Source of the DNA: Gemmatimonadales bacterium
GTDB taxonomy: Bacteria; Gemmatimonadota; Gemmatimonadetes; Gemmatimonadales; GWC2-71-9
Length of the DNA: 64,000 bases
Direction of reading: 5' to 3'
Assembly: GCA_035602245.1 (NCBI GenBank)
Contig: DATNMO010000007.1
Coordinates: 5,981 to 69,980, forward strand
Within the stretch, counting starts at the first letter, position 1, and every line of letters begins with the position of its first letter. Shown piece after piece: positions 31,170 through 41,530 of the stretch. The notes under the pieces are model-generated. The model did not search any database and was not told the origin of the DNA. It saw nothing but the letters and a program-made list of their open reading frames with translations. The position numbers were made by a program, and so were the translations under genes.

Positions 31170-32750
31170 GTGGCGGATAGCGCGCGCGGGGGAAGTGGGC
31201 GCCACGCGGCACGCGTGGCGGCCGGCATCATGGTCACCCGCGTCCTGGGCTTCGTCCGCGAGCGGGTATTCGCACACTACTTCGGCAACGGCGCAGCGGC
31301 GGACGCCTTCCGCGCGGCCCTCCGCATCCCCAACGCGCTCCGCAACCTGCTCGGCGAAGGGACGCTTTCGGCTTCGTTCATTCCGGTCTATGCGGGACTG
31401 AATGAACGGAATAAGCCGGCGGCTCGCGCCCTCGCCGGTGCAGTGCTGGGGCTGCTGCTGCTCGCCAGCGGCGTGCTGGCCCTGGTGGGCATCGCATTCG
31501 CGCCGGCAATCACCGCCGTCGTCGCGCAGGGCTTCGACGGACCCCGGCGTGAGCTCACCACGGTCCTGGTGCGCATCCTCTTCCCGATGACCGGGCTGAT
31601 GGTCGTCTCCGCCTGGTGCCTCGGGATCCTCAACACCCACCGCCGCTTCTTCCTGCCGTATGCGGCGCCGGCTTTGTGGAACGTCGCGGGGATCGTGGCG
31701 ATGGTGGGCGCGGCCAGCTGGCTGACGGGGCAGAATCTCCCGCCCGCGGAGCAGCTGTACCGCCTGGCGCTGGCGCTCGCGTGGGGCACCGTCGCCGGGA
31801 GCCTGCTGCAGATCGCCGTACAGCTCCCCGCCTGCTGGCGGCTGCTGCAGGGCATTCCGATCCGCGCCAGCCTCGCGCCCGAGGGTGTGCGGCAGGTGAT
31901 CATCGCCTGGGCCCCCTTGGTGATCGGCGCGGGCGTGGCGCAGTTGTCGGGCCTCGTGGACACCTTCCTCGGCTCCTTCACGGGGGAGGGTGGTCTCGCC
32001 AGCCTCGGCTATGCCCAGCTCATTCAGGTACTGCCGATCAGCCTGTTCGGGGTCGCGGTCGCCGCCGTCTCACTCCCGGATCTCGCCCGCGATGCCGCAG
32101 GGGCTGCGCCAAACGATCAGATCCGGGCGCGCATCGCTGTCGGCTTTCGGCGGATCGCCTTCTTCGTCGTGCCGTCCGCCTTCGCGTTCGCCGCCCTCGG
32201 TCCCGCGATCGTGGGCGCGCTGTTCCAGACCGGGCGGTTCGATGCCGACGATACGATGCTCGTTGGGGGCGTCCTGGCCGCCTACGGGGTGGGACTGCTG
32301 GGCCAGGCGACGGTAAAACTGTTCGCCTCCGGTTTCTACGCCCTGCGCGACACCCGCACACCGGTGCGGATCGGCATCGTGTCGCTCGTCGTGTCGGGAG
32401 TGCTCTCCTGGTTCCTGATGCGCCGCTTGGGGCCCGCGGGGATCGCACTGGGTTCGTCGATCGGCGGCATGCTCAACACGGTGCTCCACCTGCGCGATCT
32501 GGACCGCCGTGTGGGCACCGTCCTTCAGGCAGCCGACTGGCGGACATTTTGTCTCGTGGTCGTGGCTGGATTGCTCGCCGCCGCGCTCGCCATGGGAGCG
32601 GACCACTTCGTCGCCGCCTGGCGGCCCATCCCGCGAGGCATTGCCGTGCTGGGTATCTTTGGGGTGGTTTACGGCACGCTCACCCTGGCGTTCCGCCACC
32701 CCGACGCACTACGCGCATGGCAATCTCTGACCGGCTCGCCCGCCAACTGA
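31170..32750 (+). CDS. murJ: Lipid II flippase MurJ
   Basis: MviN/MurJ N-terminus (SRVLGFVRE...FG...ADAF..A..IPN.LR.L..EG), about 14 TM segments. Confidence 0.88.
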   Translation: MADSARGGSGRHAARVAAGIMVTRVLGFVRERVFAHYFGNGAAADAFRAALRIPNALRNLLGEGTLSASFIPVYAGLNERNKPAARALAGAVLGLLLLASGVLALVGIAFAPAITAVVAQGFDGPRRELTTVLVRILFPMTGLMVVSAWCLGILNTHRRFFLPYAAPALWNVAGIVAMVGAASWLTGQNLPPAEQLYRLALALAWGTVAGSLLQIAVQLPACWRLLQGIPIRASLAPEGVRQVIIAWAPLVIGAGVAQLSGLVDTFLGSFTGEGGLASLGYAQLIQVLPISLFGVAVAAVSLPDLARDAAGAAPNDQIRARIAVGFRRIAFFVVPSAFAFAALGPAIVGALFQTGRFDADDTMLVGGVLAAYGVGLLGQATVKLFASGFYALRDTRTPVRIGIVSLVVSGVLSWFLMRRLGPAGIALGSSIGGMLNTVLHLRDLDRRVGTVLQAADWRTFCLVVVAGLLAAALAMGADHFVAAWRPIPRGIAVLGIFGVVYGTLTLAFRHPDALRAWQSLTGSPAN

Positions 32751-34525
32751 CAGCGCTTCCCGCCCGGCCCGGCGTCTACCTCTGGAAAGACGCGGCCGGG
32801 GAGATTCTGTACGTCGGCAAGGCCAGCAGCCTCCGGTCGCGCGTGCCCAGCTATTTCGCCGACGACCAGATCAGCCCCGAGCGCGAGGCGCTGGCTCGGC
32901 TGATCGCCGATCTCGAAACAATCGTCGTGCCGAGCGAGGCGCAGGCGTTGCTCCTCGAGAACACACTGATCAAGGAGCATCAACCCCGGTTCAACATCCG
33001 GCTGCGGGACGACAAGAGTTATCCGCAGATCGCCGTGACGTTGGCCGAGCCGTTCCCGCGCGTGCTCGTGGTCCGCCGCGTGACGATTCCGGGCGCGCGC
33101 TACTTCGGGCCGTACACCGACGTGGCGACGCTGCGCCAGACTCTCAAGATCATCCGCCGGATCTTCACGGTTCGCTCGTGCCACTGGAATCTTCCCGGCG
33201 ATGCGCCCGACCGGCCCTGTCTCGATTTCCATATCGATCGGTGCAAGGCTCCGTGCGTCGGCTACCAGAGCGTCGAAGAGTACCGCCGCATGATCGACGA
33301 CGTGGTGCTGTTCCTTTCGGGGAAGACGCTCGACGTGCGGGCGCGATTGCGCGAGCGGATGCACGACGCCAGCGTCGCGCTCGACTTCGAGCGGGCCGCG
33401 CAGCTGCGGGACGCGTTGAAGTGGCTCGATCAGCTGGAGCAGCCGCAGACAGTAGAGGTGGTCGGCGGCGGCGATGCCGACGCGATCGGGATCGCGCGGG
33501 ACGGCGACGATGCGTGCGGGGTGATTCTGCGGATCCGCGACGGGCGGCTGATCGCCCGCGAGCACCGGTTTCTCGAGCATGTGGAGCACGCGCCGGAGGG
33601 AGAGGTGCTCAGCGCGTTTCTGGTCGGGTATTACCTGCCGCTCGAGCAGCGCGCCGCGCGCGTAGTGCTGCCCTACGCGCCGGCCGACCTCGAGGCGTTG
33701 CGCGAGCTCACTCCCGGCGTGGACCTCGTCGTGCCGCAGCGGGGCACGGCCGCCAAGCTCGCCGAGCTCGCCGATCAGAATGCGCGCCATCTGCTTGACA
33801 GCCTCAAGATCGAGACGTTCGATATCGACGAGCGCTCCGCCGATCCGGTATTCGCATTGGGCCGCGATCTGGGCCTGGCGGTGGTCCCGCGGGCGATGGT
33901 ATGCATCGACATCTCCACGAATCAAGGACGCGACACCGTCGGTTCGCTCGTGTGGTTCGAAGGGGGCCGCCCCCGGAAAGCGGAGTACCGCCGGTATCGG
34001 ATCAAAAGCGTCTCCGGAATTGACGACTTTGCCGCGGTGCAGGAGGTCGTGACGCGATTCCTCACTCGGCGCGTCGCGGAAGAGAAGCCTCTGCCTGATC
34101 TGATCGTTATCGATGGCGGGAAGGGACAACTCAGCGCGGCCGTCGGAGCGGCGCGGGCGGCGGGGCAGGAGGGACTGCCGTTCATAAGCCTGGCGAAGCG
34201 TGAGGAGGAAGTGTTCCTGCCCGCGCAGACTGAGCCGCTCCGTCTCTCGCGGCGCAGTCCGTCCTTGAAGCTGCTGCAGCGCGCCCGCGACGAGGCGCAC
34301 CGTTTCGCGGTCAGCTACAGCCGCAAGCGACGCACGCAGCGCACGATCACCTCTGAGCTGCTCCGTATTCCCGGCATCGGCCCGGCGCGCCGTCGCCTGC
34401 TGCTGGAGCGCTTCGGGTCGCTCGCGGGCGTGCGCACGGCCACGCCCGCCGAGATCGCCGACCTTCCCGGCTTTTCGACGAAACTGGCCGACCGCGTCCT
34501 CGACCGGCTGCACCAGCGCGCATGA
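32717..34525 (+). CDS. uvrC: Excinuclease ABC subunit C
   Basis: GIY-YIG (PGVYLWKD...ILYVGKA), UVR motif (FERAAQLRD), C-terminal (HhH)2. Confidence 0.92.
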   Translation: MAISDRLARQLTALPARPGVYLWKDAAGEILYVGKASSLRSRVPSYFADDQISPEREALARLIADLETIVVPSEAQALLLENTLIKEHQPRFNIRLRDDKSYPQIAVTLAEPFPRVLVVRRVTIPGARYFGPYTDVATLRQTLKIIRRIFTVRSCHWNLPGDAPDRPCLDFHIDRCKAPCVGYQSVEEYRRMIDDVVLFLSGKTLDVRARLRERMHDASVALDFERAAQLRDALKWLDQLEQPQTVEVVGGGDADAIGIARDGDDACGVILRIRDGRLIAREHRFLEHVEHAPEGEVLSAFLVGYYLPLEQRAARVVLPYAPADLEALRELTPGVDLVVPQRGTAAKLAELADQNARHLLDSLKIETFDIDERSADPVFALGRDLGLAVVPRAMVCIDISTNQGRDTVGSLVWFEGGRPRKAEYRRYRIKSVSGIDDFAAVQEVVTRFLTRRVAEEKPLPDLIVIDGGKGQLSAAVGAARAAGQEGLPFISLAKREEEVFLPAQTEPLRLSRRSPSLKLLQRARDEAHRFAVSYSRKRRTQRTITSELLRIPGIGPARRRLLLERFGSLAGVRTATPAEIADLPGFSTKLADRVLDRLHQRA

Positions 34526-35676
34526 GCACCTGGAGCCTGGAGTGCTCGGAATGCGTGCCCGTCCGCACGCGCGATCCCGACGGCTTGCCCGGCGTGTGTG
34601 ATGTCTGTGGATCGCCGTACCTAGTCCGGTACGGTTGGCTGCCCAAGCCGGAAGGGAAATCGCTCCTGCGACGCGAGCGCTGGACTATGTGGCGCTACGG
34701 TTCCTGGCTGCCCCTTGCCTGGGGTGAGCGTCCCATCACCCTCGGCGAGGGGGGGACGCCGCTCCTTGGAGTAAAGCGACTCGGCGCCCGGCACGGATTT
34801 GAGCAACTCTGGGTCAAGGAAGAGGGAAAGAATCCGACCGGATCGTTCAAGGCGCGGGGACTCTCCGCGGCAGTCACCCGTGCGGTGCTGGCAAGGGCGA
34901 GCAAGTTCGTCATCCCTACCGCGGGAAATGCGGGCGTCGCGCTCGCCGCGTACGCGGCTCGAGCGGGTGCCGAGGCCCGCGTGTACGCGCCCGCCACCAC
35001 CCCCCGTCTGATTCTCGATCAGATTCGTGCGTTCAAAGCCGATCTCGTCCTGCTCGAGGGTCATATCGGCGATTGCGGCAAGGCAGCCCGACAGTTCGCC
35101 GCCGACACCGGTGCGGTGGACGTCTCGACGCTGCGGGAGCCCTATCGTATCGAAGGCAAAAAGACGTTGGGCCTCGAGCTGGCCGAGCAACTCAGCTGGA
35201 CGTTACCGGACGCGATTGTGTACCCGACGGGTGGGGGTACGGGGCTGATTGGCATGTGGAAGGCCTTCCAGGAGTTACGGGATAGTGGCTGGGTGCGCGG
35301 AACGCTGCCCCGCATGTTCACTGTACAAGCGAGCGGGTGCGCGCCCGTCGTCCGGGCGTTCGAGGCGGGCGCTGATCGCTGCACGCCCTGGCCAGACCCG
35401 ACGACGGTCGCCGCGGGTCTGCGCGTGCCGGCCCCGCTGGGGGACCGGTTGATGCTCCGCGCACTGCGGGAGAGCAGCGGCGGTGCCGTGGCCGTGAGCG
35501 ACGAGGCCCTGCAGACCGCCGCAGTCGAGCTGCGGACGGTGGAGGGGATCGATGCCTCGCCCGAGGGCGGGGCGGCCTTGGCGGGCGCCGTGGAGCTGAG
35601 GCGCAGGGGTCTCCTCCACGCTGACGAACGGGTGGTGCTGTTCAATACCGGTGCCGGGTGGCTCTACCGAGCCTAA
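34522..35676 (+). CDS. thrC: Threonine synthase
   Basis: N-terminal Cys4 zinc ribbon, PLP-lysine motif NPTGSFKARG. Confidence 0.85.
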   Translation: MSTWSLECSECVPVRTRDPDGLPGVCDVCGSPYLVRYGWLPKPEGKSLLRRERWTMWRYGSWLPLAWGERPITLGEGGTPLLGVKRLGARHGFEQLWVKEEGKNPTGSFKARGLSAAVTRAVLARASKFVIPTAGNAGVALAAYAARAGAEARVYAPATTPRLILDQIRAFKADLVLLEGHIGDCGKAARQFAADTGAVDVSTLREPYRIEGKKTLGLELAEQLSWTLPDAIVYPTGGGTGLIGMWKAFQELRDSGWVRGTLPRMFTVQASGCAPVVRAFEAGADRCTPWPDPTTVAAGLRVPAPLGDRLMLRALRESSGGAVAVSDEALQTAAVELRTVEGIDASPEGGAALAGAVELRRRGLLHADERVVLFNTGAGWLYRA

Positions 35677-35703
35677 CCCGTTTATATTCCGGGACTTCGC
35701 CAC

Positions 35704-36888
35704 ATGCGCATCGCCATTATTGACCCGGCCGCCGGCATCAGCGGCGACATGACCTTGGGCGCCCTGTTATCGCTCGGGCTTCCGGTGGCCTGGCTCGAGG
35801 AGCTACCGGCCCGGCTTGGGGTAGGTGGTGTGGGCGTTGCGGTTCGGGACGTGCGGCGCGCGGGCATCACCTGTAAGCAGGTCGAGTTCACGATACCAGA
35901 TCAGCCCCACGGCCGTCACGTCGGCGAGTTGGTCCGTCTCGTGGAGCGCGCTCCGATCTCTGATTGGGTGAAGGAACGGGCGGTCCGCGCGTTCCAGCTC
36001 GTGGGCGAGGCCGAGGGCAAGGTGCACGGTGTCGCGCCGGAGAAAGTGCACCTGCATGAAGTTGGCGCGGTGGACGCCGTGCTCGACATCGTCGGCGCGA
36101 TCGAGGGATTTGAGCGGCTCGGTGCTGAAGCGGTGTACCACCTGCCCGTAGCGGTGGGCCAGGGATGGATCGAGGCGGCGCATGGGCGCCTTCCCGTTCC
36201 GGCTCCCGCGACGGCGATCTTGCTCGAGGGCCTCGAGATCGCCGCGGGCGGTCCGGTGGAGGGCGAAGCCACGACGCCCACGGGTGCAGCGCTGTTGCGT
36301 GTGCTGTCCGCTGGTGCTCCACCGGAGAAGTGGCGGATGGGTGCGAGCGGGTGGGGAGCCGGGCAGCGCGATTCCAAGCACTATCCCAACGCGCTGCGTA
36401 TTCTCGTCGCGGAAGCGGCGGCGGAGGCGGCCCGGGTGGTGCTGCTCGCGACCGACGTAGATGACATGAGTCCCGAGTACGTCGAGCCGCTACGGCAGGC
36501 GCTCGTGGCCGCGGGAGCGCTGGACGTGCAGACGTGGCCCGTCCAGATGAAGAAGGGGCGCCAGGGGTTTCGCGTGGAAGTGATGGCGCCGGAGTCGTTG
36601 GCCGACGCGGTCACGGCCGAGTTGTTCCGCCACAGCACGACGGCCGGGGTGCGTCGTTGGATGGCGGAGCGGGCGACGCTGCCGCGCCGCCAGGTGACGG
36701 TGCGGGTGGACGGCGTGGCGGTACGCGTGAAAGTGTTGGAGCAGACGGGTGAAGGGGGAAGGGTGCGGGTGAAGCCGGAGTATGAGGATGTGTTGGCGGC
36801 GGCCCAAGCGTTGGGCCGCCCACCGATCGATGTGGCGCGCGCTGTCGAGCGCGACGCCGAGGCCCTAGTCGCGAAATCCAAGGAGTGA
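35704..36888 (+). CDS. larC: LarC-family (DUF111) nickel insertion protein
   Basis: MRIAIIDPAAGISGDMTLGALL...HLHEVGAVDA. Confidence 0.82.
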   Translation: MRIAIIDPAAGISGDMTLGALLSLGLPVAWLEELPARLGVGGVGVAVRDVRRAGITCKQVEFTIPDQPHGRHVGELVRLVERAPISDWVKERAVRAFQLVGEAEGKVHGVAPEKVHLHEVGAVDAVLDIVGAIEGFERLGAEAVYHLPVAVGQGWIEAAHGRLPVPAPATAILLEGLEIAAGGPVEGEATTPTGAALLRVLSAGAPPEKWRMGASGWGAGQRDSKHYPNALRILVAEAAAEAARVVLLATDVDDMSPEYVEPLRQALVAAGALDVQTWPVQMKKGRQGFRVEVMAPESLADAVTAELFRHSTTAGVRRWMAERATLPRRQVTVRVDGVAVRVKVLEQTGEGGRVRVKPEYEDVLAAAQALGRPPIDVARAVERDAEALVAKSKE

Positions 36889-36891
36889 TAC

Positions 36892-38403
36892 GTGCGCATG
36901 TTCAGGATTCAAGCCGCCTTAGTGGTTACCGGTATGCTGGCGCTCGCGGGGCCGGCCGCTGCGCAGTCGAGCCGCTGGATTGGCCCCAAGTGTGATCTCA
37001 AACCGGGCCACTTCCTCGTGAACAGCGGGGCGCTCTACCTCAAGAGTGCGAGCGAGACGCGTTTCGATGATCAGAAGCAGAAGGATCTGCGCGATGCCTA
37101 CCGCGTGCTGAACCAGGCCCTCACGACGGGTAGCCAGGAAAAGAACCCCGCGGCGTGGTATTACCTCGGTCGCTATTACCTCCTGGTGCAGGACCTGCCC
37201 GGCGCGGACAGCGCGTTCACTCGCGCGGAAGCCCTGAAGCCCGAGTGCAAACAGGACATCACCACGTGGCGCCAGGCGATGTGGGTGCCGACATTCAACG
37301 CCGGTGTCGCCGCGTGGCAGGCGAACAATCCAGACTCGGCGATCAAGGCCTTCAGGAACGCCGCCGCGATGGACCAGAGCGACCCGCGCGCCTTCAAGTA
37401 TCTCGCCACGTTGCTGTTCAACAGCGGCCATCCCGACTCCGCGATCGTTTACTTCCGGCGCGCTGCCGATATCGCGGCCAAGGATCCGAAGTACGCCCAG
37501 GATCGCAAGGACGCGCTCTACAATCTGGCCCGCATCCAGCACAGCCAGCAGCACTGGCCCGAATCGGAAGCGACGTATCGGGAGTATCTGACGCTATACC
37601 CGAACGATGCCGAAGTGCTGGCGAGTCTCGGCAGCGTGTACATGCAGACCGGCAAGCGCGACAGCGCCTTTGCGATCTACCGGCGGATCATCGGGCAGGC
37701 GGACTCGGTGGGGGCGGTGCCGCTGTTCCGCGCCGGCGTCGAGATCTTCCAAAGCGCGCCGCCCGAGCCGGACACCGCGGCGGCGGCGGCGAGCTGCCGG
37801 ACCGAAGCGCGGGCGAATCGCCTGACCCCCGCTCGCATCCGCGCCCGCTGCGACTCGGTGACGACACGCATGGTGCGGGAGCACGCCGCCGCCGCGAACG
37901 ACGCATACCGGCTTTCGGCGCAAGCCTTCGAGGCGGGTGTGAAGCTGAATCCCTACTACCGGGATGGGCTCTTCAACCTGGTCAACGCGTATTTGGTCGT
38001 GAACGATTCGGCCAAGATGCTCGCGCCGGCGCAGCGGCTCGTCAGCGTCGATCCGATGAATCGGCAGTCGCTGCGGCTCCTGGCCTTCGCGCATCAGCGG
38101 GTGGGACACGTGGACTCGACGTTGCACTACCTGCGGATGGCCGACTCGACCCTGCTCGCGGACGTCACGGTCACGCAGTTCGATACGGACGAGCAGGGCG
38201 CCACACTCAAGGGTGTCGTGGCGAATCTACGGACCACGCCCGCGCCGCTGTTCAAGCTGGTGTTCGAGTTCGTGAACCTCAAAGGCGACGTGGTCACGAC
38301 CCAGTCCGTGGACGTGCCGGCCATCGCGCCGACGCAGAGTCACGCATTCGAGATCAAGGCGACCGGACCCGGCATCGCGGCGTGGCGCTATCGAAAGGGG
38401 TAG
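36892..38403 (+). CDS. Exported TPR-repeat protein with C-terminal beta-sandwich-like domain (paralog A)
   Basis: Signal peptide, CDLKPGHFLV, NPAAWYYLGRYY, TPR helices. C-terminus LVFEFVNLKGDVV...AAWRYRKG. Confidence 0.75.
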   Translation: MRMFRIQAALVVTGMLALAGPAAAQSSRWIGPKCDLKPGHFLVNSGALYLKSASETRFDDQKQKDLRDAYRVLNQALTTGSQEKNPAAWYYLGRYYLLVQDLPGADSAFTRAEALKPECKQDITTWRQAMWVPTFNAGVAAWQANNPDSAIKAFRNAAAMDQSDPRAFKYLATLLFNSGHPDSAIVYFRRAADIAAKDPKYAQDRKDALYNLARIQHSQQHWPESEATYREYLTLYPNDAEVLASLGSVYMQTGKRDSAFAIYRRIIGQADSVGAVPLFRAGVEIFQSAPPEPDTAAAAASCRTEARANRLTPARIRARCDSVTTRMVREHAAAANDAYRLSAQAFEAGVKLNPYYRDGLFNLVNAYLVVNDSAKMLAPAQRLVSVDPMNRQSLRLLAFAHQRVGHVDSTLHYLRMADSTLLADVTVTQFDTDEQGATLKGVVANLRTTPAPLFKLVFEFVNLKGDVVTTQSVDVPAIAPTQSHAFEIKATGPGIAAWRYRKG

Positions 38404-38416
38404 GCGATTGACAGCG

Positions 38417-38442
38417 GGCGGGATGTGGGAGCACATTCCGCC
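38417..38442 (+). terminator. Strong hairpin after paralog A (terminator or processing stem)
   Basis: 11-bp stem ggcgggatgtg / cacattccgcc (one G-U pair), loop ggag, then cagttt directly before the tRNA. Confidence 0.45.
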
Positions 38443-38448
38443 CAGTTT

Positions 38449-38520
<72 letters not shown>

Positions 38521-38536
38521 CTCGCTTCATCACACG

Positions 38537-40177
38537 ATGCCGTCGCGTCCACGCGTATTCGCCCTCGCCGCCTGCATCATCGCCGCGGCACCTCCCCCTC
38601 CCCCCCTCGTGGCTCAGGGCCAGGGCTGGGAGCCGCCGCAGCCTCCCTGCGACGTCAAGGCCGGGCATTTCCGGGTGACGTCAGCCATCGTGAACCTCAA
38701 GACGGCCGCCGAGAAGCCGATCACCCGCGACCGCATGCTGCAACAGACCAACGACGTGCTGACGCGCGCCATCACCAACGACGGGCAGGGCCAAAACCCC
38801 GGGGCCTGGTACTACCTCGGCCGCTACTACGTGGAAATGGGGGATGGGGCGGGCGCGGACAGCGCGTTTCGCCGGGCCGTGGCCCTGGCGCCGCAATGCC
38901 AGCAGGACATCGACCGCTACCGCGAGCGGCTGTGGGTGGACGTGATCAACGCCGGGATGCGGAACTGGCAGGAGAGCAGGCCCGACTCCGCGAAGCTGCT
39001 GCTGCGGCAGGCGGCCGCGCTGCGTCCCGGGCACCCACGTGCGTTTCTGACGCTCGGCCAGATCTACGCGTCGGAGAATAAGCTCGACTCGTCCGCGGTG
39101 TTCCTGGGGCGGGCGGCGGCCGCCGCGGGGAACGACACTGCGTTCGCCGAGCAAAAGAAGGACGCCCTCGGCACGGTGGCACGGCTGTCCGCGCGCCGTC
39201 TGCAGGCTGATTCGGCGGCCCAGCGCTGGCAACGCACGCGCTTCAGCCGCGACTCCATCCAGCGGCTGCTCGCGACGGACTCGGTCATCCTCACGCGCAT
39301 CGAGGCATCGTCCGCGTCGCGGCGCGGCCGCGGGGCCCGCCTGGCCCCCGCCGACCAGCAGGCGTTCAGCCGGGATTCGAGTGGGCGGGCGCGCGCCGCT
39401 GCGGACCGGCGCGCCGCGCTGGCGGCTCGCGCGTCGGCCGTGGCCGCCGACAGCGCCGCGGCCCAAGCAGCCTTCGATCCGGCGATCCGTGCGTTCCAGT
39501 CCTATCTCGAGGCCTATCCCGAGGCGACAGACGCCGTCCCCGGCCTTGCCAGCCTGTACTATCAGAGCGGCCGTGCTGGCGACGCGGTGGCCGCGTTTGA
39601 GAAGATCTATCCATCCAGCCGCCGGCTCGCCCCCGAAGTGGCTTTCGAAGCGGGGAGGAGTGCGCTGCGAGCGAACGTCTTTGCCGTCGGAACCAAGCTG
39701 CTCGCCCGGGGGATCGAGCAGCTGCCGTACGACCGCGATGCGCTCGTAGACCTCGCCAACGGCTACCTGGCCCTGCGCGACAGCGCGCATCTGCTGCCCG
39801 TCGCCCAGCGCCTCGCCAACATCGATCCGATGAATCGCACGACCCTGCGCCTGCTGGCGGCGGGATGGGACCTCCGGGGCCGGCGCGACTCCGCCCAGAA
39901 GTACAAAGACCTCGCGGACGGGGCCCTGCAGGTCGAGATCGCGATCAACGGGCTACAGCGCGACTCGGCCGGCTACACGCTCACCGGCGCAGCCAGCAAC
40001 GCCGGGACCACGCCCTCGATCGTCCAACGGCTTACCTTCGAGTTTCTCGACGCGATGGGCAATGTCCAAGTCTCTCAAACCATCGAACTCCCGCCCTTGC
40101 CGCCCCAAGGCTCACGGCCCATCGAGATCCGCGTTCCCGGGACTGCGCTCGTCGCCTGGCGTTACCGCCCCTCCTAA
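38537..40177 (+). CDS. Exported TPR-repeat protein with C-terminal beta-sandwich-like domain (paralog B)
   Basis: Signal peptide MPSRPRVFALAACIIAAA, CDVKAGHFRV, NPGAWYYLGRYY. C-terminus LTFEFLDAMGNVQ...VAWRYRPS. Confidence 0.75.
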   Translation: MPSRPRVFALAACIIAAAPPPPPLVAQGQGWEPPQPPCDVKAGHFRVTSAIVNLKTAAEKPITRDRMLQQTNDVLTRAITNDGQGQNPGAWYYLGRYYVEMGDGAGADSAFRRAVALAPQCQQDIDRYRERLWVDVINAGMRNWQESRPDSAKLLLRQAAALRPGHPRAFLTLGQIYASENKLDSSAVFLGRAAAAAGNDTAFAEQKKDALGTVARLSARRLQADSAAQRWQRTRFSRDSIQRLLATDSVILTRIEASSASRRGRGARLAPADQQAFSRDSSGRARAAADRRAALAARASAVAADSAAAQAAFDPAIRAFQSYLEAYPEATDAVPGLASLYYQSGRAGDAVAAFEKIYPSSRRLAPEVAFEAGRSALRANVFAVGTKLLARGIEQLPYDRDALVDLANGYLALRDSAHLLPVAQRLANIDPMNRTTLRLLAAGWDLRGRRDSAQKYKDLADGALQVEIAINGLQRDSAGYTLTGAASNAGTTPSIVQRLTFEFLDAMGNVQVSQTIELPPLPPQGSRPIEIRVPGTALVAWRYRPS

Positions 40178-40243
40178 GCGATATTAGCTGTTGAAGTTGC
40201 GTCGTTAGCTTCAGAAACTCCTTGAACCTCTAGGTGGCCAGCA

Positions 40244-41530
40244 GTGATTCGCGTACAGTCGGTGGCTCCCGACAGCTTGGGTGCCGCCCTCGATCTCACC
40301 CCCGGAACCGAGCTGCTCGCGGTCAACGACCGCGACCTCGAGGACTTTCTCGACTGGGAGTTCCTCACCGCAGACGAGCGGTTCGTCCTGCGGGCGCGGC
40401 TGCCTTCGGGGCAGGAGGTGGAGTACGACGTGGAGCGCCCGGAAGGGCTCCCGATGGGCATCACACTTGAAGCCCCGCGCATCCGTCGCTGCGCCAACCA
40501 CTGTGACTTCTGCTTCGTGGACGGCAACCCGCAGGGAATGCGGCAGGCCCTCTACATCCGCGACGATGATTACCGGCTCTCGTTCCGCTACGGCAACTTC
40601 GCGACCCTCACGAACCTGAAACCCTGGGACCTCGAGCGCATCGTCGAATACCGCTTGTCGCCGCTCTACGTCTCCGTGCACGCGACCGATCCGGTCGTGC
40701 GCCGCTGGCTGCTACGCAACCCCGAGGCGCCGGAGGTCATTCCGCAGCTCCGCTGGTTCGGAGAGCGGGGCATCGCGTTCCACACGCAGGTCGTGCTGGT
40801 TCCCGGTATCAACGACGGGCCGCAGCTCGAGCGCACGCTCACGGACCTCAACGGGTTAGGCGCGCCAGTCCTGTCCGTCTCCGTCGTGCCTGTCGCGCTG
40901 ACCGAGTTCAGCAAGCACGCGCTCGTGCGGCAGCCGACGTGGGATGAGTGCCGGGCTGCTCTCGCCACGGTAGATGCATTCGCCACCCGCGCGGTGGCGG
41001 AGCGCGGGATGCCGTGGTGCTACGGAGCCGACGACCTCTATTTGCAGGCCGATATCCCGCTGCCGCCGGCAGCATGGTACGGCGACTTCGAGCAGCGCGA
41101 GAACGGCGTGGGGGCGGTGCGCTACCTGCAGACTCGCATCGCAGCGGCGCGAGGGCACCTGACCGACACCGATTGGCGCGGCAAGCGGATCGGCGTGGTG
41201 ACCGGGACCGCGATGGGAGCGCTGCTGCCGCAGGTAGTCGCCGACCTGACCAGCGCAACGGGTGCCCACTTCGAGATCGTGGCGCTCGAGAACACGCTCT
41301 TCGGATCATCGGTCACGACCGCCGGCCTACTGCCGGGGAAGGACGTGATCGTCGCATTGCGGGGGCGGTCCGACTTGGATTTCGCGCTGCTGCCCGCCGA
41401 GGCCGTGAATGACGATCTGCTCTTCATGGACGACGTGAACGCCCATGACGTCGCGTCGCAGCTGCCCATGCCGGTGAAGCTGTCGTACGATTTCGCAGAC
41501 GCGCTGGTCAATGAAGAGGTGGGAGTGTGA
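40244..41530 (+). CDS. PDZ + DUF512 radical-SAM-like protein
   Basis: N-terminal PDZ-like segment. CANHCDFC (CX3CX2C) begins at nt 40490. GTGA overlap with der. Confidence 0.75.
   Translation: MIRVQSVAPDSLGAALDLTPGTELLAVNDRDLEDFLDWEFLTADERFVLRARLPSGQEVEYDVERPEGLPMGITLEAPRIRRCANHCDFCFVDGNPQGMRQALYIRDDDYRLSFRYGNFATLTNLKPWDLERIVEYRLSPLYVSVHATDPVVRRWLLRNPEAPEVIPQLRWFGERGIAFHTQVVLVPGINDGPQLERTLTDLNGLGAPVLSVSVVPVALTEFSKHALVRQPTWDECRAALATVDAFATRAVAERGMPWCYGADDLYLQADIPLPPAAWYGDFEQRENGVGAVRYLQTRIAAARGHLTDTDWRGKRIGVVTGTAMGALLPQVVADLTSATGAHFEIVALENTLFGSSVTTAGLLPGKDVIVALRGRSDLDFALLPAEAVNDDLLFMDDVNAHDVASQLPMPVKLSYDFADALVNEEVGV

Noticed and set aside
31616-32716. Apparent 367-aa N-terminal extension of uvrC (and similar extensions on the ORFs for lolD, skp, DUF374, lpxK, gdhA, gpsA, merR, surE, GT2 and kdsD)
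   Set aside because: The frames merely stay open through the preceding gene. Homology and ATGA/GTGA-coupled internal starts define the true N-termini, and the extensions overlap well-supported genes in another frame.
26309-34513. Long antisense ORFs (26309-27667, 27547-28878, 28070-28996, 32669-34513)
   Set aside because: Same reasoning. They lie opposite gdhA, rlmH/AMMECR1 and uvrC, with no motifs and extreme Arg/Pro content.
40178-40243. Intergenic region searched for sigma-54 (-24 GG / -12 GC) or sigma-70 elements and for a second dif-like motif
   Set aside because: It holds only a 5-bp stem (tgaag/cttca) and a duplicated ttagct. I found no convincing promoter consensus.
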